A stretch of 63,514 nt of DNA, the filler included, from Octopus bimaculoides (Eukaryota), in NCBI RefSeq assembly GCF_001194135.2. It is 5 parts of 5 records of this genome, joined end to end, with 100 filler letters (N's around TTAATTAATTAA, not from the genome) between each part and the next. Parts side by side here need not be neighbours in the genome. Positions count along the whole stretch, not along the records: positions 1 to 14,360 come from NC_068997.1; 4 more parts are not named here. One strand, given 5' to 3'. A model generated the notes under the pieces. The model saw nothing but the letters and a program-made list of their open reading frames with translations. It did not search any database and was not told where the DNA came from. The translations under genes and the position numbers were made by a program. This document shows, piece by piece, positions 1-13,400 of the stretch. Numbering within the stretch: position 1 is the first letter of the stretch; each line of letters opens with the position of its first letter.

Positions 1-42
1 TATATATATATATATGTATATGTATATATGTGTGTGCATATA

Positions 43-815
43 CAGAGTGGCCCAAAAAGTCACTGAAGGATTGCAATTGTTGATAATTCTTTTAATTTTT
101 GACATTTTTTTTTTCTTTTCAGAGATTTTATGGACTAGATCGAAAGAATTAATCATGGAAAAATATGGCACCGCACAGTGCACCCAAGTGGTGAAATTGG
201 TCTATCAAAATCAAGGGTCGATTATTGATACCCAGAGAGCATATTGTTGGCATTTTCAAGAGAGAGATGCCACAGTTAGGAACTTAGTTCGTTGTTTTGA
301 AAAGCAAGTGACAGTACATGATCTCTCACGATCTGGGAGACCTCGCACTGTCAGAACCAATGAGACAACGGAACGAGTGCTAGAGAGTACTGAACGGAAT
401 CCGGGCACGTCGACTCGAAGGCGCTCCAGACAGCAAGACAGTTCACAAACTTCACTGCAAAGAGTCCTAAGCAGCCTTAACCTTTTTCCATACAAGATAC
501 AGTTGGTTCAACAGTTGATCATGTCTGATGAAGCTCACTTTCACATGAATGGGTTCGTCGACAGACAAAATTGCTGCTTTTGAGACTCTGAGAATCCGAG
601 AGTGCTACACCAAAGAGAATTGTAACCCATAAAATGTGAAGCTGAAAATGGACGCCATTTAAAAGATGTCATTTTTCATACGTAAAGCAGCGGTATGATG
701 AAGAACAACTAACAAAAATTAATCTCCATTATCACCTCTATATTAAATTAAATTATTTGTAAAAATAAGGGGGTTATTGAAAATTAAAACACCCCAGGGC
801 TTCTGGGACACCCTG
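43..815 (+). mobile_element. Decayed, internally deleted Tc1/mariner element (rosa/DD41D-like)
   Basis: Flanked by TA, with imperfect TIRs CAGAGTGGCCCAAAAAG / CTTCTGGGACACCCTG. The ORF contains RSGRPRTVRT, FPYKIQLVQQL and SDEAHFHMNGFVDRQNC. Confidence 0.85.
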
Positions 816-1009
816 TACATAAACACACACAAACGCATACATATATTCTTTCTTTTCTTCTTTTATTTGTTACAGTAGTTTTACTGTGGTTATGCAGAGC
901 ACCGCCTAAAGGGATTTAATCGAAGAAATCAACGCCGGGACTCATTCTTTTCTAATCCTAGTACTTAATCTTGCCCAAGGTGCCAAGCAGTGGAAATGAA
1001 TCCGGAACC

Positions 1010-1110
<101 letters not shown>

Positions 1111-1492
1111 TATAACATGAGGTGTGTCTTTTTAGTTTTGAAATATCTGCATGTCAGTGTGTGTGTTTGTGTATAAACATACAAACATACATACTTATCA
1201 ATGTTTCGTATGCAAGTTTCTACACTAAGTTTGACAGCGTAGAGTCTTAATGACAGGTTATAGTTTGTTATTTTGATAATATATAGATATGGGACCATGT
1301 TTAATGTAATGACTTTTACGTCAAGGTCTTTAAGGATCTTGTAATTATTTGAATCTCGGAGAAGGTTTTAGTTTACTGGAGAAACGTTTCAGAGAAATGT
1401 AATTGTTTCTAGGTTTTATTGTTGGAGGTGTGAGATAGCAATTACGTCATGGTAGATTTGTGGTGTTTATATGCTATATGTGTTTGCGTGTT

Positions 1493-1527
<35 letters not shown>

Positions 1528-2299
1528 ACATGTATTGGTATTTATATATATACTCACATATATATATGCATTTGTATATATATGTACATGTGTATATTCA
1601 TATATAGACATATAAATGAATATATATATATATATATANNNNNNNNNNNNNNNNNNNNNNNNNNNNNNNNNNNNNNNNNNNNNNNNNNNNNNNNNNNNNN
1701 NNNNNNNNNNNNNNNNNNNNNNNNNNNNNNNNNNNNNNNNNNNNNNNNNNNNNNNNNNNNNNNNNNNNNNNNNNNNNNNNNNNNNNNNNNNNNNNNNNNN
1801 NNNNNNNNNNNNNNNNNNNNNNNNNNNNNNNNNNNNNNNNNNNNNNNNNNNNNNNNNNNGGCTGACTAGAGACCCACTCCGACTAATCGATTTTGATGGT
1901 TCGATTTTCAAAGTATTCAATGAGGTCGATCGAATCGGCTAACCTCTCCCGGCCACCCCCGTTCCGCCACCATCACCCCCGCCTCTCCGCCATCTCGACG
2001 CGTCTCCGCCTCCCACCAAATCTCAGTTTGTAACCTTCTGTCATGATTGTTATTAATGTTCTTCCTGATGTGTGACGTGTGATATCATTATCAATCTGTG
2101 GACCTGTGATAATATTGATGTTTGATGTGTGACATTATTGATATGTGTTGTTGTGTGATATCGATTTGCGGCGTGTGATATTGCGTATGTGCGATGCACG
2201 CTGTGCGTATGTCTGTTTGTGCGTGCATGTGTGCTGTGTGTATGTGTCTATGTTTTTATGTATGTGTATGTGTATGTGTGTCATATATTAATAGCCAAA

Positions 2300-2480
2300 T
2301 TGAATCATCAATTTCCATTGGCTGAAATCAATTCACTTCGTTTGCGTCACTTTGAGCAACTTCGTGATAGGTATCGTGGCCAAGAGGGCACAGCGTAGGA
2401 CAAAAGGCCTTATGTTGTACAATTCTGCTTCTCTACCAAATCAAGCGGCAGTCCACTTTCCTTTCATCCCTTCCATAACT
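2300..2480 (-). mobile_element. Decayed LINE (CR1-like) fragment downstream of RT
   Basis: Frameshifted LYNIRP/LLSYAVPSW, resembling LYK..VRP.LEYA..VW. Confidence 0.4.
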
Positions 2481-2542
2481 TCCATACATTCGGTAGTTAT
2501 TGAAGTTATCTCTCTCTTTCCCTCTCTTTCTCTCCCTCTATT

Positions 2543-2590
<48 letters not shown>

Positions 2591-2734
2591 CAATAAGAAA
2601 ATAGAGGGGAATATGTGGTTTTCATAAATTTGCAGACATTGTATTATGTCAATTTACCGGTTTATTTTTTAGCTAAGAGGACAATAAAAACAATATACAA
2701 ACACATATGACATATTATGTCATTGATATGACAA

Positions 2735-3110
2735 GGGCGGTGTGGCTGGTGGTGAGGGTATATCCACGTAAGATGAAGTGGCGATCCATGAGTTGAGATT
2801 GAGTTTCACAATCATGGTCGTCACTACACAGCCTGCTTAGACGGAGGAATTGGGAATAGGGGATGGAAAGCGTGGTGTGTTTAGGGTGGGAGGAGGAGAA
2901 GTTGAGAGATGAATGCTGACCGAAATGTGAAGAAAGGAGACTGAGGTGTCAGAGATAGTGCGGGAGAAGTGGAGGGCAGGATGGAAAGATTTGACAAAAG
3001 AGAAGAAGGAGTCTAGATGTTCGCGAGAGAGTGAAGTCGCACAGTTACGGTCGTCAATATAACAGCCGTATAGTTCGGGAGTGGGATTAGTGAAACTTGA
3101 GAATACGGAT
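2735..3110 (-). mobile_element. Penelope-like element RT fragment
   Basis: Translation YGCYIDD...FHPALHFSRTISDTSVSFLHISVSI, then after a frameshift SIPYSQFLRLSRLCSDD...FILRGY. Confidence 0.85.
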
Positions 3111-3317
3111 GTCTTATAAAACTATTCTGTCTTATAAAACTATTCCGGATGTCTTATAAAACTATTTCACACATACAATAACAACCATACCAACAATCCA
3201 GCACATCTCTATCATCAGCTGCCCTACGGATATCACAATGGTTTCGGTACCTGGGCAGTACCATTCAATCCGGTGGTGTCAGCAGTTAGCAGTACCAAAA
3301 TAAATGTTGTTTAGGAA

Positions 3318-3408
<91 letters not shown>

Positions 3409-3419
3409 TAATAAACACT

Positions 3420-4200
3420 ATATATTTTTATGAGCTAGAAATTGTTTAATGCAATGAAAGCGATTCTGACAACAATTTATAACACGTCTGGTGCCTTCGC
3501 GCTATCCTCAGGCTGTCTCTATAGTTATATATCTTTGGACAGGGAAGTTTTAAGTATGTATGAGCGGATTCTGCGCTCCATATTGACTCTCTTGTTGTCT
3601 ATAGCTACAGCCAATTCTCTGGCACTATTTGACGCTACAAGCAGCTTGCTCCAGGGGCAGTTTAATCATATTCTCTTTTCTAAAGTGGAGGAACTAAAAT
3701 TTTGCTTATAGCAGGGAGTTGCTTTTATACCCATAGATTCATATTATATAGATCAGGTTCAAATTCTCCGCGTCCAAAATCTCCCTAGATGGGTCTCTAG
3801 AGCTTAGAGCCATTTACAAATGCTTATATTTTGGCAGGTTTGATAATATGATATATGTCGTTTGTGTAAATAATATATAGAAGTGGATCTAAGACAGTAT
3901 ACGAGCGGACACAACTAATGGCTTTTGCCAGCCTTCAGTAAATTGCTTCGTTCGCAACATATTGGGTTTTGTTTGTCAATAAGTATTTAATACATTGCAG
4001 TAGCTTAACAGAAACTCCAATACTGGTTAATTTCTTCAACAGAATTGTGTGGTCGACTCTGTTGAAAGGTTTATTGAAGTCATGATAAATAACATTTGTA
4101 TTGTATCTCTCTCGCAGAGCATTTAATATATCATCAAATTGAAGATCTGTGTTTGGCAATCGCCTGACACAAAGCAAGCTATGTTCTGTGGGATCAATGA
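3420..4200 (-). mobile_element. CR1-like LINE reverse transcriptase fragment
   Basis: VIYHDFNKPFNRVDHTILLKKLTSIGVSVKLLQCIKYLLTNKTQYV, followed by a degenerate YTND...AFVNGSKL and ELAVAIDNK. Confidence 0.8.
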
Positions 4201-4533
4201 GCTGATTTTTCTAGGGGAAGTTTGTTATATTTTTTTTATCTTATCACTCACTTGAATACTTTAACGATATGAACAGTGAAATGAGATTGGACAGCAACTC
4301 ACTGGGAGTGACCTACATCCTTTTTAAAATCTGGGATGTCAGACCGGGGCAGAAAATGTTAAGGATTAAAACATGAATTCAGCGAATTCCTCTAGAGATT
4401 AGTAAAAGATTATGGAAGTTGAACACTGCAGTATGGATGTATGAATGTGTATAGATGGATAGCTAGATAGATCGATAGACAGATAGATGGATGGATAGAT
4501 AGATGCATACATATACACATACAGACATACACA

Positions 4534-4628
<95 letters not shown>

Positions 4629-4769
4629 AGAGAGAGAGTGAGAGAGGGGAAGAGAGAGATAAATAGATGGATGAAAAGATAGACAGATAGATGTGTGTAG
4701 AAACGTGCATACACACACACACACACACGCACTCACACACACACATATCGGTAATAGATATATATGTAA

Positions 4770-4811
<42 letters not shown>

Positions 4812-5504
4812 TGGTAGATTGATAAATGTTAAGATCTACAAATTCCACGTAATTAAGCATTCCGGAACAATTAACATCCATTATTCATTTGTGGATTCTG
4901 TGTTCTGTCAAAACGTTCCTCCCTCATAAACCAGCACAACCACCGCTGTCACCACCACCACCACCACCACCACCATCGATTTGAAGTGAACATTAGTTAT
5001 ATAACTACTCTCACCGCTCCCANNNNNNNNNNNNNNNNNNNNNNNNNNNNNNNNNNNNNNNNNNNNNNNNNNNNNNNNNNNNNNNNNNNNNNNNNNNNNN
5101 NNNNNNNNNNNNNNNNNNNNNNNNNNNNNNNNNNNNNNNNNNNNNNNNNNNNNNNNNNNNNNNNNNNNNNNNNCGACGACGACGACGACATCCCACCCCC
5201 AGAAACCACCAACACCTCACCGCCACCACTTCACCACTATCACCACAATCATTACCACAACCATCATCATCACCACCACCACCATCATTATCACCAGTAC
5301 ACCACCATCACCACTACCACCTCAGCACCACCATCACCACCACCACTACCACCACCACCATCATCACCAACACCACTAACGCCACCATCACCTTCAACAT
5401 CTAGGACATTGAGCTGAACAACAGGCGTTTTGAAGAGAGTTAATATTGATGTTTGCTGAGGCGTAGAATATTCCAGCGCTCCAATGTTCCGATATATATA
5501 TACA

Positions 5505-5540
<36 letters not shown>

Positions 5541-5895
5541 TAAAACCAGAAACAAGAAACAAAATGCGAAAAGAAAAACCGTCGCCTGAAGCTTCTCAGA
5601 ACAAGAAACAAAATCCCTAAGAATAGTCTTTGACATGTTCCAATTGAAGGCGATTGTCTTACCGAAAATGTCTGCCGGCCAAAAGCGATGTGAAGCATAT
5701 GCGAAACTATAGGAGCCTGCATTTATGCTACGTGTCCTTCTGTTTTGTGTGACACTAGAAAGTGAGCAGAGAGGAGAAACGCTTCAGTAAAAGATATACT
5801 ACTATCTATCGATAGTAAACGAAACTGAGGCGTATTTGTACGAGAATCCGGTCAAAAAGAAGGATTTTTCTACTACTGGACTGCTGGTTTCGAAA

Positions 5896-6270
5896 GCACG
5901 TGGTTTAGTGGTTAGGGTTTACGTCTCATGATCGTGAAGTTGTGAGTTCGATTTCCGACGGCGCGTTGTGTCCTTGAGTAAGATGCTTTATTTTACGTCA
6001 CTCCAGTCAACTCAGCGGGCAAAAATGACTAGTACCTGTATTTCGAAGGGAACCCTGAGGAAATACCAGACAGTGGCACTCATGGCTTTTGATCTTGACT
6101 GGAAATGTCATCATGTACATTCTGTTGGCTTGATATAATGATGAGCTACAACAAATATTCTGCTCAATACCACAGATTTGCTTGTTAGTTGTTTGACCTT
6201 AACCAGTTGAACTTATCCCTTGGTGATTGACAATGTGTGCATCTCTGATCGCGAGCAGAAGTAGTTGGAA
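5896..6270 (+). mobile_element. tRNA-derived CORE-type SINE
   Basis: A-box GTGGTTTAGTGG, B-box GAGTTCGATT and CORE-like TGTGTCCTTGAGTAAGATGCTTTA...CTCCAGTCAACTCAGC. Confidence 0.7.
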
Positions 6271-7852
6271 GGATGGAGAGAATATTTCCGATCTTTTTGT
6301 AAGTGTGCACATTATTATTGTTATTTCTCCACTAAATATCCTGTACCTTGTTTTACTATTAACTTGCGTTATTAAACGTACAATAATATAATAATATATT
6401 ACTAGGCTATGATGCTTTATTTATTTTTTATATTTACTTTCTTCACTTTATATTAGTATTTCATTAGTTTTTTCCTTAAGAGAAAACGTTCTTTTATATA
6501 TATTTAATGAACTCTCTTAGTTCTTTCCCTTCCTCCACATTTGAATTAACTTATAATTTACGGCTTCAGTTTACTTTACTGTGATCTATTCCCCCCCCCC
6601 ATTTTAATCATTTAATTAAAACCTTTAGTATAGAGTTTACAGCCCCCTCCCTTTATAAGCGTTCTTACTTCTAACGGTCACTTCCTTGGTCATATNNNNN
6701 NNNNNNNNNNNNNNNNNNNNNNNNNNNNNNNNNNNNNNNNNNNNNNNNNNNNNNNNNNNNNNNNNNNNNNNNNNNNNNNNNNNNNNNNNNNNNNNNNNNN
6801 NNNNNNNNNNNNNNNNNNNNNNNNNNNNNNNNNNNNNNNNNNNNNNNNNNNNNNNNNNNNNNNNNNNNNNNNNNNNNNNNNNNNNNNNNNNNNNNNNNNN
6901 NNNNNNNNNNNNNNNNNNNNNNNNNNNNNNNNNNNNNNNNNNNNNNNNNNNNNNNNNNNNNNNNNNNNNNNNNNNNNNNNNNNNNNNNNNNNNNNNNNNN
7001 NNNNNNNNNNNNNNNNNNNNNNNNNNNNNNNNNNNNNNNNNNNNNNNNNNNNNNNNNNNNNNNNNNNNNNNNNNNNNNNNNNNNNNNNNNNNNNNNNNNN
7101 NCCAATACAAATTATTTCCTGTTAGCTTTTTAATATTCCAGGTTTTAAATATATTTTGCACTTATTTAACTATTGATTACAGAATAGGTTCTTCTCTGTT
7201 ATTACCAAAAACCTATATCCTATATTTCACCATTTTACTTATTTTTCTTCTTTTTTTTTATCTATAATATATCCAATTATTCTCAATCTTTCACTCTTTA
7301 AAAAAATTTCCAGTTTTTCTTCTTTTTCTCTCATTTTCCACTAATTTTATCTCTTTTTTTCTCCTTTCACTTCTCATCTTGCCGTTCACTAAACTATTTC
7401 TATTTTTTCCTTCACTAAATTATTTCAATACTTTTCATTCCATTTTTATTTCTTTCATTTCTTTTCTTTTTTTTTTTCTCATTCTTCCTTCTTCGCATTC
7501 TTACATGCTGTACATTTCTTCAATTTTTCCCCTTTCTTTCCTTCTCTTCTTGTCTTCATGTCTATTTTCCGTTTCTTCTAATCTTTTCCTTATACTCTCC
7601 CCTTTAATTTTTACTTTCGTCATTTTCTTTATACAATAATCATTCACGCTCACATGCATAAACACGCAGACTCACATGCACTCCGATGCCTACACACACA
7701 CGTACACACAAATACAAAAACATACTTTTGACTACACACAAATAAAAATTAACCACGTATATTCATGTATAATTTCTAGATTGAAAATGGCGTATCAATA
7801 AAGCGATCACATCGTCGAGAATCACTGAACATTTCATCTTTGTATAAAAAAT

Positions 7853-8102
7853 TAAATGCGCCCTTTTAAAGCCTAGCCAGGCTCATGGGCCCGGTTTCCC
7901 GGTTTCAATGGCGTATGTGTTCCCCAGCTGGACGGGACGCCAGTCCATCGCAGCGTGACTCATTTTTGCCAGCTGAGTGGACTGGAGCAACGTGAAATGA
8001 AGTGTTTTACTCAAGAACACAACGCGTCGCCTGATCCAGGAATCGAAACCGCAATTTTACGATCGTGATGCTGACACCCTAACCACTAAGCCACGCGCCT
8101 CC
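7853..8102 (-). mobile_element. Full-length tRNA-derived CORE-type SINE
   Basis: The reverse complement starts GGAGGCGCGTGGCTTAGTGG, has B-box GGTTTCGATTCC and CORE GTGTTCTTGAGTAAAACACTTCA...TTGCTCCAGTCCACTCAGCTG. Confidence 0.85.
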
Positions 8103-8354
8103 ACTTCGTCTTTATATAGTGCTTCTAAAACAAATCAACTTTGTAGAGACCATTTTGCACTATTGTATACATAACCGATAGGCATATGGCATGAGGAAAA
8201 GCTCAGGGTAGGCAACAGGCATTAATAAAGTGACTTATCAAATAATAAAAGCCTTAACGAGAATAACAATATGAAAACAATAAGGAAAACTTCATCACTA
8301 ACACACTATATGTTAAAATATATTAAACGCTTCATCAATATAACGAAGTAAGGA

Positions 8355-9790
8355 TTCGGCGAGCTGGCAGAACAGAAACGTTAGCACGCCGGGCGATATG
8401 CTCAGCGGTATTTTGTCTGTCTTTACGTTCTGAGTTCAAATTTCCTCCGAGATCTATTTTGCCTTTTATCCTTTCAGGGTCGATAAATTATGTACCAGTT
8501 GCGTATTGGAGTCGATCTAATCGACTGTACGAAGTATGAAGGCGGTAAACTGGCAGAATCGTTAAGGCGCCGGAACGAAATGCTTAGCGGCATTTCGTTC
8601 AGTTTTACTTTCTGAGTTCAAATTCTGTCGAGGTCGACTTTGCTTTCATCCTTTCTGGGTCGCTAGGAGGAGAAGTGGCTGTATGGTAAGCAGCTTAAAA
8701 TAGGCCGATAGAATAAGTACTAGGCTTATACGATTTATAAGGCGGTGCTCCAGCATGGCCGCAGTCAAATGACTGAAACAAATACGAATAAAACAGTTGA
8801 ACCCTAGGGTTAATGTAATTGACTTACCCCACCCCTCAAAATTGCTGGTCTTGCACCAAAATTTGAAACCAATATTCTTTTCTACTCTAGGCACAAAGCC
8901 CAAAATATTTGGGGAGGGGGGTGCAGACGATTAGATCGACCCCAGTACGCAACTGGTACTTAATCTATCGAACCTGAAAGGATGAAAGACAAAGTCAACC
9001 TCGGTGGAATTTGAACCCAGAATGTAAGGACAGACGAAATACCGCTAAACATTTCACCCGGCGTGCTAACGTTTCTTATTTCTTTATTGCGCACAAGGGG
9101 CTAAACATAGAGGGGACAAACAAGGACAGACAAAGGGATTAAGTCGATTACATCGACCCCAATGCGTAACTGGTACTTAATTTATCGACCTCGAAAGGTT
9201 GAAAGGCAAAGTCGATCTCGGCGGAATTTGAACTCAGAACGTAACGGCACACGAAATATCGCTACGCATTTCGCCCAGCGTGCTAATGTTTATGCCAGCT
9301 CGCCGCCGTAATTTGAAACCAATATTACGCAGCATGAAGGCAGCGAGCTGGTGGAGTCGTTAGCAGGCCGGGCTAAATGCTTAGTGGCATTTCGTCCTTC
9401 TGAGTTCAAATTCCACCGAGGTTGACTTTACCTTTTATTCTTTCGGTGTCGATAAAATAAGTATCAGTTGAACAATGGGGATGCTGTGATCCACTTATTC
9501 CCTCTCCAGAAATGGCTGGCCTTGTGCCAAATGAATAATACGCAATATGAAAAATATAATAGAAGAATTTATAAATAATTCGTTGTTATTTTGGAATAAT
9601 GCTAACAGTTTCGGGGGGAGAGAGAGCAAATCGATTACATCGACTCCAGTACTGGAACGTACTTTATTTTATCGACCCCAAAACCCCCGAAAGGATAAAA
9701 TAAAAAGTTAACCTTGGCAGGACTTTAACTGAGAACACAAAAAAGTCGGAACAAATTCTGCGAAACATTTCTCTCTGCCAACCGCTTAAA
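8355..9790. mobile_element. Dense cluster of at least 6 copies of SINE family A in mixed orientation, plus a family B 3' fragment
   Basis: Recurring GAGCTGGCAGAA(A/T)CGTTAGC...GAGTTCAAATT...GAGGTCGACTTTGC; + copies at 8355, 8535, 9335 and - copies at 8900, 9073, 9610. Confidence 0.85.
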
Positions 9791-10129
9791 AAAGTCTTAT
9801 CAATAATAAGAATATGTTGAAATAGTTTACAAAAAACAAATAATAATAATAATTTCGTTCCTTATCTTTTCCAACCACTTCTTTTGCTTCATTCGTTCGA
9901 CAAATTTCTTCATTATTTTGATGCAGTTCTTATTTTGTTTCCCTTCCTGCCTTTATGCTTGCGCGCGCGCGTGTATGCACGCGTGTGTGCACGCGTGTGT
10001 GCACGCGTGTGTGCCCGCATGCTTGTGTCTGTATGTGTGTGTTTGTGTGTGTGAGCGTGCACAACAAATTTGCATGTGTTAATATATGAAAATATGTATG
10101 AATGTATATATGCGTGTATGTATGTATGT

Positions 10130-10445
10130 ATCATTTACTTGTTTCATATATGGAACACAGGCCAAGCTGGAGCACCACATTGAAAGTTTAGTCGAATACA
10201 TCAACTCCAGTAAATATCTTTTAAGTTTGCTACTTATTTTATCAGTGTCCTTTGCCAAGCCGCTATGTTACGATATGGAAACAAAGCAACACTAGTTGCC
10301 AAGCAATACAGAAGGAGGAGAAATACTGCCGCCACACAAGCACGCTTATAAGGTGGGTTTGCACACCGTTTCCATCTACCAAGTCCACTCTCAATAGATT
10401 GGTTGACCCGGAGTTGTAGTAGAAGACACTTGCCCAAAGCACTGT
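10130..10445 (-). mobile_element. SINE family B, partial and decayed
   Basis: GCTGGAGCACC and TTTCCATCTACCAAGTCCACTC...AGAAGACACTTGCCCAA match other copies. Confidence 0.7.
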
Positions 10446-13400
10446 GCGCTCACATGGCAATTTATAACGTATGCGTGTCATTGTAGAGAGCATCGCAGAG
10501 ACATACATAGCTACCAGTTACGTACCACAAATGAATACATATGCATTTGTACACACACACAAGTACACAAACATTCATAGATATATTGCATGCATGTGTA
10601 AGGGAATACCTGCTTGTCTGTATTTATGGAAATGCATGTATTAGTGAATATAATGAACGTATGTTTGTATCTATATATAAAACTTTTAGCAAGATGTAAA
10701 CAAATGGACGGGTTTCTTTTTTCAAATTGGAGGACGCCAACCGCTCCGAATTGTGTCTCGCAGACATTGACATATTTGCAGTTAATTTGTTTTATACTGG
10801 CTGTATTAATTGAGCATTCTGTAATCAGAGAGGAAGGGTATCTTAGTTTTCTTGCTTTCGTTTCCGTCTTCTCGTTCCATTTTTGCATCAACCTTCAAAG
10901 ATCTTACGACAGGGCTTAGTTTCTTTGTTACAAACCACTTCACTTATAAGAAGAATTCAAATAAGAATTGTGAAGAAAGATTCGAATAATTAACAAAAAT
11001 AACATATATGTATATATATACATATACAAAGCACAGACACACATTCAAGCATGCATAGATACAAATATACATATATACATACGCACACAAACTTGTATAC
11101 GTTTATATAAAGACAAAAACGCATGCATGTATGCAAACATACATACGTTCATGCACACAAACATGAAGGTAACAGGTGCAGAAACCGTGACATGTTATAG
11201 AATTCAATTGAATTTTCAATCAAATAAACTTTTTTGTAGAATCTTTCAAGGATGGTGCTGAAGGTAGAATTCCAATTCCTTTTATTCATACACAAAATCC
11301 TTTATTTACCAAACTTCAAAACTAATAGATTATTTCCAAAGAATGCATGCATACGTGTATGTCTGCATGCATGCGTACATATATGTATATGTATGTATGT
11401 ATATGCGTGTTTGCGTGTGTGTGTAAATATATATATGATATACATATTTTATATACTNNNNNNNNNNNNNNNNNNNNNNNNNNNNNNNNNNNNNNNNNNN
11501 NNNNNNNNNNNNNNNNNNNNNNNNNNNNNNNNNNNNNNNNNNNNNNNNNNNNNNNNNNNNNNNNNNNNNNNNNNNNNNNNNNNNNNNNNNNNNNNNNNNN
11601 NNNNNNNNNNNNNNNNNNNNNNNNNNNNNNNNNNNNNNNNNNNNNNTATATATATATATATATATATATTATATACATATATATTATATACTTGAAATAA
11701 TATCTATTTAATATATATTTCAATGATATATACCTGCATAAAAGCATGAATACATTGATAAATATATATATGTAGATAGATCTCTATAGATCTCCCTTTC
11801 TTTCTCCCCCTCATATACATACATACATGCATTCATACATACATACATACACACACATACATACATAATATATATATATGTATACAAAAAGAGAGAGAGG
11901 GTTAAAGAAAGAGGGAGGGAGTTATGCATATACACGCACACACGCAGATGCACGCACACACGCAGTTGCACGCACACACGCACCTAAATATATATGAGCC
12001 CAATAAATAAAGTGAGGGCTGCTGTAATAGTCTGACGAATGTTCAACATACTGTACACAGTACAGAAGTAGGATAGTATGCAAAAGGGTTCCGAACACAA
12101 AGCCCATTGGCCCAGATTTTTTAAATCGATTGTTGGTAAGAATATTTGTCCTTTTATTGCAGGTTTATGCTCTCAATATATCCTATTTTGGCGCCGAGTG
12201 GAAGGGCTGAATTGTAGTAAACAAACTTATCTCAGGTTGGAAATTATATGGTTTAACAATATCGACACCCTGCACGCATGATAGTCACATGCTCATGTAC
12301 CAAAACATTATATAAACAAACATTTCCTTTAAACGAACCTCTGATACATAACTTGGAAGCTGTGCTGCCGATTTACCAACATACAGGAGCTCGAGACATG
12401 ACCGCCCTCACGCACTTCTCATGAGGAATTCCGGAAGGGGCTTCGTGAGACCACTACAGGGACGCTTTCGACAGATTTCTGTAACCGTTGGAAAACCGAC
12501 TGTAAAAATGACTCCATTACTTCCTAGCAATATCTGAAGAAAGAATTTTTCTATTTCGAAATATTATATTAGACTATGAATAATTAAATTATTTATAACT
12601 ATCATAGTCTACTCTGAATTGTTGTGCCACTCAAGGCACGTTACATTTCGCAAACAAGCTTCCAGCGAACTACAATATCTTCTTATATATNNNNNNNNNN
12701 NNNNNNNNNNNNNNNNNNNNNNNNNNNNNNNNNNNNNNNNNNNNNNNNNNNNNNNNNNNNNNNNNNNNNNNNNNNNNNNNNNNNNNNNNNNNNNNNNNNN
12801 NNNNNNNNNNNNNNNNNNNNNNNNNNNNNNNNNNNNNNNNNNNNNNNNNNNNNNNNNNNNNNNNNNNNNNNNNNNNNNNNNNNNNNNNNNNNNNNNNNNN
12901 NNNNNNNNNNNNNNNNNNNNNNNNNNNNNNNNNNNNNNNNNNNNNNNNNNNNNNNNNNNNNNNNNNNNNNNNNNNNNNNNNNNNNNNNNNNNNNNNNNNN
13001 NNNNNNNNNNNNNNNNNNNNNNNNNNNNNNNNNNNNNNNNNNNNNNNNNNNNNNNNNNNNNNNNNNNNNNNNNNNNNNNNNNNNNNNNNNNNNNNNNNNN
13101 NNNNNNNNNNNNNNNNNNNNNNNNNNNNNNNNNNNNNNNNNNNNNNNNNNNNNNNNNNNNNNNNNNNNNNNNNNNNNNNNNNNNNNNNNNNNNNNNNNNN
13201 NNNNNNNNNNNNNNNNNNNNNNNNNNNNNNNNNNNNNNNGTCAAGAAAACCTAAAACCCGACAGTACAGTTTATCCAACCAAGTAGGGACCATCTTCAAC
13301 AAGGTGAAAACTGTCAGGCATGATGTGGATGTTAACAACGCGAGGGCATGAAACGACGTCATTAAAACAAATATGGCGAAATCACTTACAAAAATGGCGG

